A stretch of 64,000 nucleotides of DNA from Octopus vulgaris. Taxonomy: Eukaryota. Shown piece by piece: positions 12,481 to 26,634 of this stretch (position 1 is the first letter of the stretch; every line of letters starts with the position of its first letter). The stretch is from the NCBI GenBank assembly GCA_951406725.2, contig OX597822.1, positions 32,550,001-32,614,000 on the forward strand, in the 5' to 3' direction. The notes beneath the pieces are model-generated. The model was given only the letters and a program-made list of their open reading frames with translations, did no database searches and was not told the DNA's origin. The position numbers were made by a program, and so were the translations under genes.

Positions 12481-14002
12481 ATGGAAATATATCAGCAATA
12501 TATTACTGTTGTTAATGGATTTTTATACACCATGAAATCGAAAGCCTCACATGTGTGCTTCCCTCCCAATTAAACTATGTTTTCTTGTTCTTTATCTGAT
12601 GGAATTTCTCCAAATTTTAACCACTTTCCCTCGGAAATTCTTCCACGATATCTCTCTGTCTCATTAATTTCTTGGTGTACTTTTACGAGGTTTTCCTTCA
12701 ATCTACTTAGTGATTATATCGGAAATTCAGTTTAATTCTTTAGAATATTTATTTCCCATCATTATTTTTAAAACCGATTCTAGAATAATCCAGTTTATAT
12801 TGGTATCGACTGCTTTGTTATGACTTGTTACAAAAAGCACATAACCTCTATGGTATTTGAGTCCTGTTAGAAGTCCATTCCATTTTTGGCGTATCGTTTA
12901 AAGATAACATATTCTTATCAGAATCTAGATCAATCTCACGCATTTTCTTTATTATTGACTAAGAGTATAGGATTAAAAACATTTTACTATATAACAAAAA
13001 TACGTTAGACCTGAGCATATACACCGCTCTTTGTTTCGTAAATACTTGTGCGTCATATATCTGTGTGTGCTGTGTGATTGATTTAAATAATGCGCAATCC
13101 TGTGTTTCACATGTTGAAAAACATTGAATTATACACCGAACATATCATGTGAACAGTCCTGTATCTTTAAGATAAGAATTGTGTGTAATGTATTCAATAG
13201 TTTTTAAATAACAGCCCCAAATAACACCCAATATATTCATCTCTATGCAATTAAAAAATCGATATCGTTCAGAATATATTCAGCCTTGGTATACATCAAA
13301 TAATGTTTGTAATGTTATGAATTTGAATTGACAATACAAACATTCAATAAGAAAAGTATGAATTCATTGCTTCCTTATTCACGTTAGAAATATTGGATTT
13401 ATCCGTCTTTCATTGATTCTAATTCTATTAATCTTATTCTATTGCATAAGTAATTAACGTAATCGATGTGTTTAATGAATTCATTAGATATAGTAAGATG
13501 GACACCAGTAACACTTTAGAATAATTTATTGAAGATATAAGCGACAGAGTCTATAAATCAGAATAAATGATTACGATGATATGAGAGAATCATAAAGTGA
13601 TTCTGTAATTATGAACTTTGGCTAATATATTTGTCACCAGTGCGTAAAACATGATATTCGTGAAAGGGAGAATACAGAACAAAAACGAATGAGATTAAAC
13701 TGAATATCTAATATCATTATCAATTTCGTACCTTTTATTGACCAAATATATAGCATTCGAAAATAAATTGGCATTAAACCAATCCGTAAATAGTCATGCT
13801 TCAGAAGACGATGCGATTTGTATAATGGTGTAGCCCCAACTTTTTCCCTGATTAAACTAATAGGCCTTCCATCAGTAACCAGCATTTATTCTATTGAGAT
13901 ATAATCTACTTCGAAACTCATTACTGAATGCTTCCTGTTGTTCTTCATACGGTATGGTGTGATTCATAAGATAGATATAGTTATTATATCTATCATCTTT
14001 AA

Positions 14003-14205
14003 GGCTGTGAGCTGATAGAACGTAAGTACATTTGGGAAATTGCTTTGCGGCACTTCGTCCGCCTTTACGTTGTGAGTTCAAATTCTTTTGAAGTCTACTT
14101 TGCCTTTTATCCTTTCAGAGTCGATGAAATAAGTACCTGTTTAGAACTGATATCGACCAAATTTCTCCCCGAAATTTCAGGCCTTTTGCTTATAGTAGAA
14201 AATAT
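14003..14205 (+). mobile_element. Degenerate SINE family A copy
   Basis: Head, GAGTTCAAAT B-box, central block and short tail. Confidence 0.75.
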
Positions 14206-14934
14206 TATATTTTAACATCTCATACTGCACTTTCTCTATATTTTATGTTATGCTTTCTAAGAAACGCAAAATTTCATTGAATTCATTACATTTCATTCCC
14301 TCAAATGATTATCCATATCTCTTAAAATATATAATACAAGTTATTCTGAAATATTCCAATGTATTTGGCTATGAAGCAAAACCTTCAAAACACACAGAAA
14401 TATGCATTGTATGTGTATGTTTGCTTGTCTTTCTCTCTGTCTGCATGTGGGGTTATACGTGTAATATGAACACTCAACATAGTTAAAGTTGTATGTGTTT
14501 TGAAAATACTTTGCTCAGCTCCTCATTACTCTAAGTTTCGAGGATGCCGTTAACCGTCAATAATATCAAATAAGTAAGAATATTTGAGATCTGCAAATGT
14601 TCAACTCAGCAACACCAGAATTATAAGTTTCCACGAGATCGACGAAACGAACTAGCAGCGTCAGCTAGTCTATGGACCAAAGGGTTCCGAATTTCAGCAC
14701 TCAGTTACTGATGGTAATGTGGTGAGACACCACAAGTCGAAGTAACTAATGTGATGATGTCGGTTTACATTTCAATTTGCATGCCATGTACGGATATGTG
14801 GTATAATTTTAAGTGGTTACTGGTAGGCTGCTCTAAAGTTACGCAGAAAGGAAATAGTTTTATTAAAGCCCAGCAAATATATAGGTTTAAAATATGGATG
14901 GGTCAGCGAAGTCTAAGGGGATTAATCTTTATAT

Positions 14935-14995
<61 letters not shown>

Positions 14996-15624
14996 TCAGT
15001 TTAAGGAGTTGTTAACACATATCAGAAACTGAAATGTTCCTTTATATCTGGAGCGTGAGCATTTTATGTATATCATGTGATAAAATTTGACGATTGAAAG
15101 TTATAAAATTGTAGATGTTGAAATCGTGCTTTACATTTTAAATACAATGACTATTGCGTCTAATCCAATCCTCAAGCCTGTATAGCAGCCTTAGAAATTT
15201 TGCAGAATCGGATCATTCATTTAAGAGGCTTAAAATGAATAACGTGAAAATAAACATTAAACCTCCTTCTCATTTGTTGAAGTCACATAGCAGATTATTT
15301 CTGTTTTAAATTTTCCAGTGATTATAATTTGTTGACGGTCTTGATTGCAGTACGTAACTGACTCTCACAAGTCATCCCAGCTCTCCCTTTTTATGTATTC
15401 CTTTCTCATGGTTTCTTAGTATATTTGACCAGGTTAACTTACTTCCTGAATATTATGTTGTGCTCTATTCTTTCGCTATCACGTCACGTAAATATGCACC
15501 TGTAAATCTATTGTGTTATTTTGCCCTCAATCAATTGGTGAGGTGTCGTTTTGGGCTTCGTAGATAAATTTCCAGTGACTAGGTTTTATCTAAAATTATA
15601 TACCTGAGCATCAACCGCTATATA

Positions 15625-15998
15625 TTAACTACGAGCAAAACACCTCCATCCAATCGACGGTGTTGAGTTGTCAAACGTTTAATCCAAATTTTCTCAAAAC
15701 AACTTGTCCGACGGTCCCATAGGCTTCCCCTTTGTGAAACACTGATTTAACCTAAATTTGTGACACCAGCAAAAGACGGATTTCCACTGATATACTTGTG
15801 CGTACAAATACACGTCCCCACAGCTTTATCGATCGCATTCTCACCTAGAATCAATTTTTGTATTTTTGTTCAAGGTTTATACACACCCTGATACCGTCGG
15901 TATCTACATATGAAATTTGAGCGCAATGGGATGGAAGATGCCCAAGATCCTAGAAGACACACACAGAGACAGACAGAACGGATTTTATATAATAGATA
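15625..15998 (+). mobile_element. Probable non-autonomous Helitron/HINE-like element
   Basis: Ends in ATGAAATTTGAGCG...ACAGACAGA..TTTTATATAATAGAT, an end pattern typical of Helitron-derived non-autonomous repeats. Recognition only. Confidence 0.4.
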
Positions 15999-17429
15999 TT
16001 GATGTGTTTTTTCATTGACGTGTACTCCTAAGTGTTGAACTTCAATGCTCTTCTATGCTTAAAATGAATAGACCATGAACACAAAGTGGGTGAAAACTGA
16101 AAATACACACATGGACATCCAGTAATATTAATTTCAAATATTCATGTACTATACAAAACTTACGAAATTAACCTACATATTTCTATCAGTAAACAAGGAT
16201 GTCTTCCAGGAATTCACAGTGTACTTTACATTAAAACCAAGACATATATATACTATGTGACAAATTCCATTATCTTCCAGATATTCCTCGTTAAACTTGA
16301 GCTTTAATCCAATAATCAATACAACCACGTAGACAAGTTAATCCAAGTATTATATTTTATGGTTTACTCACATTGTGGTTTCCAATTTGATCGCAAATGA
16401 TTTCTTTATAACAGACCTATATTGTACAATAATAATCCTTTCTTAATACCATCAGAATTCCTACCATATCCCCAACCATCACCTTTTTTAATATAACTCA
16501 TCTAACTCAGGCAAACTTTTAATTCATATAGTTAGGTAGCCGACAAATATTCCTTTATTTCATTTTATTCATTCTTTTATTTAAAAAACAATCGTGAACC
16601 AGCAATTCTGAATACTTTTTTAAACACGCATAGTAGAAAACTATTATGTATTATTTTACAGTGAAATGACATCTTATAATAAAAGCATCATGTACACATG
16701 CACAAATTACATATACATTTATATTTACGTAGGTATACATAAATCCTTTTATATATATCCCTATATATATATATGCATATTTACATGCACGTACACACAC
16801 ACACGCAATCACACTCACGCACACAGATACATCGTGTTATTGGGAATACGTTTCCCATATATAGTTTTGACATATTTCGTTGAGTATGCTTTGAAGAAAT
16901 ATAATCTCTTTCCATTTTAACTTCATTGGCCAAGATGCCTTCTTTCTTACAATTTAGCTTGTATCTTCTTTTCGTTTTTGTTTTGAACTTTTTGTATTTT
17001 GTTGGGTTTTTTTTTTTCAAATTTGATATTCCCGGATATATTCTGTACTGAATTCATGATGCGTCAGATCTTTTGCTATTCCTTTTTTAATACAACTTTA
17101 ATTCAAATGCCAAGATATCAAAAGATGTATATAGGCCAAGTTATTGCGTACAACTAATTACTACACGAAAATTTATTTTATTTTTTAATTATTCGAATAC
17201 ATTGAAAGACAGTTGCATTTTGGAAAATCGGCGACAATCAAAGCTCTCCTTTTATTTTCCTCGTATGTGTGATGTTCTGCATGACAGTTTTCTTTTTCTC
17301 ATTATATTTTCTTTGTAATACTCCCAGTTTCTTTTACAAAGACAGTATTCTATTCTCACAAAACACTAACACATGCACACGCGCGCGTGCAAAGACAGAC
17401 ATGAATACTTATATACATACATACATACA

Positions 17430-17478
<49 letters not shown>

Positions 17479-17840
17479 TAGACGAGATGAGATAGCAAAG
17501 ACAAGGCTGTGAGGAGCTTTCAGGACATTTATGTGGAAATAGTATGTTCTTTGTCTGCCTCATTAAATTCTTGGAGATTTTAGATATAATTATACTAATG
17601 TGTCCATCTGTTCTAATTTAATTAAATTCTATGTCTATGTGTAGCTGAAGATTGCTCTGCATTTTAAATTGATATATTGATTGCATTGTTCAATTAAATG
17701 GACTAGCATGAAACGATCGTACTGCAGTACCTCTGGATACCCTTGTTGCTTACTTTTGATTTTAATCAACTTATTTTGAAATTGTATAGACAATGCCGTA
17801 CTAAATTCTGGTGCCTCAACTTAAGTACCATATTCAACTG

Positions 17841-17923
<83 letters not shown>

Positions 17924-18492
17924 GTATACACATATCTGTTTATATACATGTGTGTGTATGTGTATATATAAAATGTATGTATGTTTCTATACATAATTTG
18001 ATGAATGAGAACATAGAATTCGTCTAATATTTTAAGAAAATTTTAATCCTATGGCATATCAAGACACGTTTATTAGTAAGGAAATGAAAATGCACGTTCA
18101 TAAATACAGTAACTGATCAGAAAATGATCGAGAAACAAAATAGAACTGTTCAAATTCCATTTCTCTCATTTAAGCGTAGTTTCTTTTAATTCAGTAGAGT
18201 GGTTGGATATACTATCAGAATTCACAAAACGTCAGTGACTTTTAAACCGTTCGGTATTATGTCAGAACTAAGTAATCATGCTGGAATGGAAAACTAATTT
18301 ATATTTTAATATTCACACTAACTTCCACTTTGCATATCTTGACTACCAAACGCATGACATTCTGTTTTATCATGTGAAATTCGCGTTCTCTATTTTCAGG
18401 AAAATGCATCTAACCTCTATTAAACACAATAACGTCACTTTCACGAGTTAGATTTCAATAAAACTGCATTCAAGCAAATCATTTTATTATGT

Positions 18493-18780
18493 GAGTGGCC
18501 GATGCCAGCGCCGCCTCGACTGGCTTCCGTGCCGGTGGCACGTAAAATACACCAATCCGACCGTGGCCGTTGCCAGCCTCGCCTGGCACCTGTGCAGGTG
18601 GCACGTAAAAAGCACCCACTACACTCACGGAGTGGTTGGCGTTAGGAAGGGCATCCAGCTGTAGAAAAATTGCCAGATAAGACTGGAGCCTGGTGCAGCC
18701 TTCTGGCTTCCCAGATCCGGTCGAACCGTCCAACCCATGCTAGCATGAAGAACGGACGTTAAACGATGATGATGATGTTG
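18493..18780 (+). mobile_element. 3' end of an RTE-related LINE/SINE with (GAT)n tail
   Basis: GC-rich segment with an internal repeat (GGTGGCACGTAAAA twice), GTTGGCGTTAGGAAGGGCATCCAGCTGTAGAAA and terminal GGACGTTAAACGATGATGATG. Confidence 0.75.
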
Positions 18781-20021
18781 TAACTGTCTTGCCTCTTCTT
18801 TTTACGTGTTCCTTGTTATCCATTTATAAATTTAATCGTTCTCAATGTACATGTTGCCTTTCAGAGTTTCGTATGCAAACGGTGTATATTTTGTCTCCAA
18901 AATAATCTATTCAATACATAACACTGTTTTAAGATCCCTGAATTATAAGAACGATGAGGCAGAAAAGATTCACTCCCTTCACCTGTTAATTGTATGCATT
19001 ACCTACAGCAAGGTTTTGAAACCGCCTGCTTGAGTGGGCGTGGTGGTGTAACTCATTCATAAAAACCTACTTCTAGAGATTTCACTGAATTATTCGTTTT
19101 CTAAATTGTCAATACAACGCTTAAAGATCGAAGAGGTCATTAACAGTCTGCATCGACCAAAATCGGCTAAAATATTCGCTAAAATAAATAATTATATGAC
19201 TTTATCACAAGCATTTATTAGTATTTTGATAGCTAAATTTTGTGTGTATCTTGTTGGATGTATCCAATATATTTCTCTTTACACGTAATGTTATTCCATG
19301 TGGGAAATTTTGTTCCACTTAGAATATGTGAATTCTTTAACAATCTATCTCCAGGCGTCGAACTAAATGTTTATCTATGTTGATTTATAAGTAGATTGCA
19401 TATTGCAAATTTACCAGATCGCCAGAAAATATATTTTACATCAAACTGCATATTTTTAAATACCATTTTCCATAGAGCCTCTGCAGAGGGTAGAGAAAAT
19501 CAGTACCATTAATAAACTATAGTCGTTTCAATCAATTTTAAAACTAGCATGTGACAATCGACATTTGAGCTATTGAAATCAAATCAGCCCCTCGGCTGTA
19601 GCAACCTGATTGAGGTGTTAGTATGAAGACAGCTTCGTATTTAATGCCTTTCGGGGCTGAGATTTCTAGTTTAATTTTTTAGGCGGTAATAAACACATTC
19701 CCTGCTTTTCTATGATCGATAATATTGATTAGATTTTACCTTCTCCAAATATTGACTGGTGAATGTGTAAGAAGTGAATATTTATATTTCTTACTGGAGC
19801 AATGAGCTATTCACACACCGAGTAGAAAGAACGGAATTCTTTATTAAATCAACCGCAGGACAGGATTTATATTCATTTAAAAAGTAAGAAAGATTAAACA
19901 TAAAGGCAAAACAGTCAAGATTTGAATACAGAAACTGTAAAATGAAAGTAAATTGTGTTGTGCACTAAGAATCGAATTGTATTATTGCTGTCTTTCGAAC
20001 GCAGGAAATAAACAGAAAGTA

Positions 20022-20249
20022 CAGTTCTGGCCGAAAGTTTGGGAGATAGGTCTGGGAATTAGAATTTTTATATTAAATGCCCAAAGTTATATTTAATTTG
20101 CAATATATTATTACTTGGCCAAACGTCTGGCGCTTAGGTCTGAAAGAATTTTTATATTGAATGCCCAAAGTTATGTTTGGTTGGAGCGTATATTAAGCAT
20201 AATAATTTTAATTTTTAAAATAATGTTCCAAAACATTTTGCCACCACTG
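20022..20249. mobile_element. Tc1/mariner-type MITE
   Basis: Imperfect TIRs TA|CAGTTCTGGCCGAAAGTTTGGGA and TGTTCCAAAACATTTTGCCACCACTG|TA with a TA TSD, plus an internal ~60-bp duplication. Confidence 0.5.
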
Positions 20250-20753
20250 TATAAAAATGGCCAGGTGAGTAACATAAAGGATCTCATCACAAACTCTCAC
20301 GGAAAATATATGGTCTATGTGCTGCACACACCCATGAAGAGACCAATGAGAGCCTCTGTTAAATGGTGACAAGAGCAAGGTCGTATGAGTTAAGACAGGT
20401 ATGCAAGAACTGGATGGGGATTATTTAGGAAAATCTAGTGGATACGGATCTAACTTGAAAGGATTTTCAACCATGATATGTTGGATTCTCTCGCCTAGAA
20501 ATTAAGGTTTATTTGAGAATTGGTGTCTTTCTATCGATTTTAGATTTCTGCGCAATATATGGCATTGTACCTATGCTGAAAAGCAATATAGCTTATGGGG
20601 CTTAACAGGCACCCCCCCACTCTGGCGTGTGCTTTTTTGTACCGTATAAATATATATGTTGCACACACACGCACATTATATGTGGGTGTGTGCGATCGTG
20701 TGTGTGTATGTGTGTGCGTGTTAATGCGCGCTCGCTTATGTGTGTGTTTGTGT

Positions 20754-20789
<36 letters not shown>

Positions 20790-21434
20790 TAGTTAACGTG
20801 AGATTTCAATTTTCAGATTGCATTCGCCTTATTTTGTATGGCTGGATGGGATATGAGTAGGAGATTTGACTGCTTTATCAAGCAGGACATTTGCCTGTTA
20901 CCAACCTTCTCCAACTCTCTAAGTAGACGTCTTTATGGTTGTTGTTATGTATTTTCAGATTAGTCCCAGTTGGAGAGAACAAGGATGAAAGGCATTTTCT
21001 ATCAATACTTATGTCGTTCAATATACGCCTTATTGAATGCAGAAGAGTGTGATTTATTTCTGTTGGTTTTATATTTTTAGCAGTTTGAAAGACGGCGTAT
21101 TTCAAACGAAGTTCTCCGAAACAAAGAATTCACTATCTTCTTTTTCCTCTCTCTATCGCCCCACCTTCCGCTTTACAGTTTCAGTTCCATGACATTGATT
21201 TTTGTTGCTGAGCTAACAGACTGACTACTTCATCAGTTGCCTTTTGACGGTATGAAGCTTGGTTTAGACTAATGGAATAGACTATTTCCGTTCTACACTC
21301 AGAGGCTCAGCGGCAGATATCGATATAGTTAGTACCGGATTTTAAACGAAATTAGTAAAGGGTTCGATTTTCTCGACTACACTACGTCTTAAGACAGAAA
21401 CAATTAAAAGATGTCCGTGTATAATACAGACAAA

Positions 21435-22668
21435 TACGAGGACCTGCTGAAATGGTCATAGGATGACCAAGATATTCTCAGGAAACGTAGCCCGATGAGC
21501 TTTATCTTTAAACATAATCTCTATTGCGGCTCACATAATTCTTCTATCGGTGTTGCAGTGCTTGAATCCCATTCGTGGAGAAACTGTCACCCTGTTAATC
21601 AAATAAGTTATGAATAGCAGATATGACATCATCATGACTGCATTACTATTAATTTGTCCTGTTAGGGAACAGGTGACAGTTAGATGGAGTCAAATCAGGA
21701 GAAAAATGAGCGTGATCAACTGGTTCATAGTCAGTCTCGTACAGCATACATTGAAAAGAAGGATCTGTGTGCAGCAGCACTGTCCTTCCGTCAGTTTATC
21801 TAGGTGTTCGGTCTTGATAGCCTCCTCTGTCACAGCAAGTTTGACACAGTACTCACCATTGGTGGTGTGGCACTTTTGAAGAAAAACACAATGCCTTTTG
21901 CATTCCAAAAACCGAGACCAACAACTTTTCCACATATAAAAAGTAATTGGCATTCTTTGAAGCAGGGGTGGAGGGGAGTTTCCACTGTATGGATTGTCTC
22001 TTTGTATCTGGCTCAAAGTGAGGGGCCTGTCAAGGTAACATTCATCCTGAGTTAGGAAACGTTCGAGGAAACCAACTGGATCTGCCTCAAACAACGACAT
22101 ATTCTCCCGTGCTGTGATCAGTCTGGTGTGCTTTTGATCAAGTATCAGAAGACATGGCTCATACTGAGCAGAAACCTTCGTCATGCGACGTTTATTGTGC
22201 AGAATATTCTCATCTCTTTCACAGAATATGCTAATACCAGGGGCTATTTAATTTATAGTCGATCATCTGTCATCCATAGGCATGTCGCGAACATGGTCAA
22301 TGTATTTCTCGGTTGTGACAGTTGCAGGTCGTCCAGATCTTAGTTTAGGTCATTTTCAAGACCCTTTCTTCTCCTCCTAAATTCATCCGTTCACTTTTGC
22401 ACAGTTGGAGCTTCATGCCCTAATGTAGCAATCATGTCAGCATGACTGTCCTTGCAGGCTAAACAACGATAACAAATTTCTTTCTTATTCAAGAGAATTC
22501 GCTTCAAGTTACTTTTGAAATTATCTTTCGGCAGTCAGAAATCAGTTTACCTAGAAATAAACAATTCATATATTAATCAGGGAAGCTAAAATTAAGGCAT
22601 GCAAGATTTAACAGCTCTAGCATTACACCCTCATAGTAATAATATGAACTTTTCAGTCAAACCTCATA
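21435..22668 (-). mobile_element. Decayed near-full-length mariner transposon (~1.23 kb)
   Basis: TIR-like ends TACGAGGACCTGCTGAAATGGTCATA and TATGAACTTTTCAGTCAAACCTCATA. Minus-strand motifs FLERFLTQDE (cf. RIVTGDE) and SPDLTPSNCHLFP (cf. YSPDLAPSDYHLF). Frameshifted. Confidence 0.85.
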
Positions 22669-23119
22669 TTTTCAGAAATTTAGACGAAGATTGCTAAGCT
22701 GTATTTAGCTGCACATAAAATGCTTTAGCGTTCTTCTAACTCTGTTTTACTGAATAATTGTACATATACTATAGATATGATAAACATGTTCGTTGCTAAT
22801 GGAAAATATATATATATTTTAATGATATTGTATAATTGCAAATATTTTATATTTTCGCAGTTGAAACACATTTATGAATTGCTTATAAATTATATTAAAC
22901 AGTGCTTTAATAGCAAGAGCTATATCAAATGAAACACAGTTGGCAAATACAATTTGGAGGATACAGAATTATTTATGACATGTTAATCTCCTCCCGCAAA
23001 TAGAAAATTTAAAAGTATATTACACTATGACCAGATAGCGTCAGAAGTTATCTTTTGCATTACACGTAAATTATTGATGTGTAAATTTGGTAAGCAACGT
23101 ATATCTATCTATCAACCAT

Positions 23120-23200
<81 letters not shown>

Positions 23201-23226
23201 TTATCTATCATTAAACAATGCATGTA

Positions 23227-23262
<36 letters not shown>

Positions 23263-23852
23263 TATACACACATAGTGTATCGTGTGTAAACTAGATGTGC
23301 GCCTGCCACTGTTACGTTTAAGGCACCGTGAAAATTGTCATCAACCAGTCCGCTTCCGTATAATGGCTAAGCTACCACTACATTTATCAGTATTACTGGT
23401 AATGATATACAGCGGAAATGTAGGAGAAATTAACATAAGCAGAAGTTTATGTATGTATCTCATCTGTCCCGACATGCGATTCACCATTTTGGTTGTTTGG
23501 AACTATGCTTTGGACATTCCATCTAAGTGTAATAAGGTGCTCAACTACAATGGATCATAGGGGAATGATTTATTGCATTATTTTATAGAGAATTAATGTT
23601 TGCGAATAGTTCTCTGTAACATATTACAATAAATGGTTCCTTGAGGATTCTTTGCGGTTAAGTAACCAACTGCACTTGGGACATCCAATACAGAATTTCA
23701 GAGTGTAACAAGGGTGATACGTAAGTAAGAACAAATGGTATAAAACTCTGTTTATCTTAATTTCTTATATATATATCATTCATTTTTCCTATACGCACAA
23801 CAGGTTAAACTGTTGGAAAAGGAACATTCCTAACATTGGATTATAAGTAACA

Positions 23853-23900
23853 TTAGATGCCAATAAACTTCCTAAGCATCCTTACAGTCCCTAGTAAAAG
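23853..23900 (-). mobile_element. Short 3' ORF end of an R4/Dong-like (RLE) non-LTR element
   Basis: LLGTVRMLRKFIGI* resembles the RLE-element C-terminus LLGTARILR.VL; its 5' junction lies in a TAT/ATT repeat. Confidence 0.5.
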
Positions 23901-23959
23901 TATTATTATATCAGCATCACTATCGTCATCAATATCATCATCGTCATCATCATTATCAT

Positions 23960-24494
23960 TGTTGAGTGAGAGAGCTGTGCATGCCATCAATGTGACACTG
24001 GGGGAAAATATACGAAGGTAAGTATACCTATCATGACTAGGTACCCTGATAAGGGTACACCAGGCACATGCATCACAGCAATATAAGCGCGACATGGCGA
24101 TCTCATAAGATAAACAGCGCGTGACCTTGCAGGTGAAGCCCAGTTAGAATTTTTTCCGGTCGGGTAGCCCATCCTGCTCAAAAGGACCTGAATAAGGGTT
24201 ATTTTAGGATGTTGAACAAAACACCTTTGTTTCCAAGTGTGAATTATCCAAACCACAAAGAATTATTCTCAAGCCATGGCTATGATGCTCCTACACTACT
24301 CCTGATCGTGATTACAGATGAACATATCGTGATCCCCATATCGTCAGCATTGCTCAACTGGTTAAAGTTAAATAAGTGACAAGCAAATATGTGAAAAATG
24401 AGCAGAATATTTACTGTGGTCCATCTTTTATACCAAGACAAAACAATGTACATGATAACACTTCCATTCAGAAGCCACGAGAGCCATTGCCTGG

Positions 24495-24496
<2 letters not shown>
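23960..24496. repeat. Interspersed repeat (~540 bp), class unresolved
   Basis: Higher-GC block bounded by (CAT)n and (AAT)n microsatellites; resembles an abundant cephalopod repeat by recognition only. Confidence 0.45.
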
Positions 24497-24563
<67 letters not shown>

Positions 24564-24564
24564 T

Positions 24565-24639
<75 letters not shown>

Positions 24640-24651
24640 ATTATTATTATA
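24497..24651. repeat. (AAT)n directly followed by (ATT)n (inverted microsatellite)
   Basis: Direct reading; the switch point is near 24563. Confidence 0.95.
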
Positions 24652-24654
24652 TGA

Positions 24655-24990
24655 AAGCTAACAGCTTATTTCGCTTGGTATGATGGAAAGTTTCAGTTAT
24701 CCATAGCCAGCAGACTAAGGTGACACGTGTTTACTCGTCATGCGTCCAGAACACTGCAAAGAATTCTTGCAGTTCCAAGGAATGTTGATTTTGTAGGTGT
24801 CCTTCCTTCACACTTTCACCGATCTTTTTCGGCGATATTGGTAGCTGAATGCTGATACCTCCAAGTGCACCTATTACTATTTGTATCACGTCTACTTTCT
24901 TCATTGACTACAATCTTCGTATATCCCACTTCAAATCGTCATAATTGTATATTATTTCTTCTTTCACATTGATCCTGATGTCACCGGGTC
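24655..24990 (-). mobile_element. 5'-truncated R4/Dong-like non-LTR element (restriction-like endonuclease C-terminus)
   Basis: Minus translation PGDIRINVKEEIIYNYDDLKWDIRRL*SMKKVDVIQIVIGALGG...LGTARILCSVLDA*; flanked on both sides by TAA/ATT repeats. Confidence 0.75.
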
Positions 24991-25944
24991 ATTATTATTA
25001 TTTAAAACCGTTTGACTCGTTTCCAAGTAACTTAAAGATCCGTAGGTTCCTTACAGAAGTCTAGCTCGTCGGGTTCACACAATTTTCTAAGCTAAGATTA
25101 AATTAGATTTTTATATACAAATGTTAAAAATGATAGTAAATCAGGAACCAAATCATAGAATAAACTTGTCCTTCAAATCATACATAAACAGAAATAGTAA
25201 GATTTTGCTGAAATTAGTAACACTTCCCATTTCAACGGAATGAGAAGTTTCATGAAAGGCTCTGCAGTTACGGGCTCAGAAGTATTAGAAATAGTAGATG
25301 CTTGATCATATCAACTTTAAATATTAAGCTAGAAACATATTCCTTCATCTTACGGAGAAGCTCTATATTCAAATAATTTAACGGCTGTTATCACGTTTCG
25401 TCGTATCTACATCAAAGTAAAGATGCTTATCATAACTTTGGATATTTAAGGATGATATAACTTCCAATGGATATATCAATGGTTTGCTTCGAATCTGTTT
25501 AAAATTTCAGAGAAAACCTCAAATGATTGGATAGGTACAATGCTCTGTTAATTGATCTCTCTAAACTTGTATTAAATTTGTGAAGAAACCTATTTTGTTT
25601 TATCGATATATTATCTAAGAAACGCATTCATATTACATTATCGACCGCATACAATAATATGCGAACGGTATCCTCGTGGGTATGTAGAATTAGAAAGTAA
25701 TAAGTTACAAGTACTCACTGCAAGACATTTATTCAACGTATGATAATTGTTGAGACAGCGAAGTTCTTCAAAGTGTCGACCTATAAGAAGCGAGGTTAAA
25801 TCATATTAGATAACACACCGACTTCTCAAGAAATGAAGTACGCACTCGAAAATATACTTTACGATATACAATTTCTGTGAAGATTAATATTTCTGCTTAA
25901 GTGACTGTATGTAGTACTATCAACAAATGAAAGTGTATTACATG

Positions 25945-26525
25945 TATAGAGGGTGAGTTTCCAGAATTTTTCAGATATATCCAGGAAAGACATTAAATAA
26001 TTTCAGAGAAATACAAACTTCAATGTTCTTCAAATTAAGATCCTCGAACTTCAATGTTCTTGTTATAGTTGTCCAACCACTTTATGAAGGCTTCATGGAA
26101 GCCCTCGAAGGTGAAGACGTCCAAGACCCCTTGTCACAGCCCCGTTCTTCAAAATGATTGCTTCTGAGGTTCTCCTTCAATTTAGGAAACAGCTAAAGGT
26201 AAAGGAAACAAGTTGGAACTGTCTGAAAAACTTAATACATTAACAGTATGGAATATTTGATAAAATTTTGTAGCGTTGTTGCCCAGTTTGCTAATAAACT
26301 TAATTGAATGCCAAGAACCCAGCTATCGTTATTTGTGGCAAGTAGTGTTTAGCAGAGTGTGTGCTAAGTGGGGTAACAGCCGTCTCGCACAAACTGGAAT
26401 AATAAAATTTGGCAGATCACCTTATTAGATTTCCAGGAAAGACATTAATCAACTAAAATATTAGTTATCTTGGTCAGTTATTACTGCCTCTCCTACAAGA
26501 GTCTCAAAACTTCTAGAATGATTTT
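25945..26525 (-). mobile_element. Mariner remnant (C-terminal fragment)
   Basis: Minus peptide FEGFHEAFIKWLDNYNKNIEVRGS*FE resembles the mariner C-terminus W..RW.KC...G.YFE. Confidence 0.45.
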
Positions 26526-26530
26526 GGTGC

Positions 26531-26594
<64 letters not shown>

Positions 26595-26634
26595 ATATTT
26601 ATATATATGCATGTATGTATGTATGTATGTATGT

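Noticed and set aside
13634-13990. Possible pogo/Tigger transposase remnant (LFTDWF)
   Set aside because: Only one short motif amid stops; not supportable by eye.
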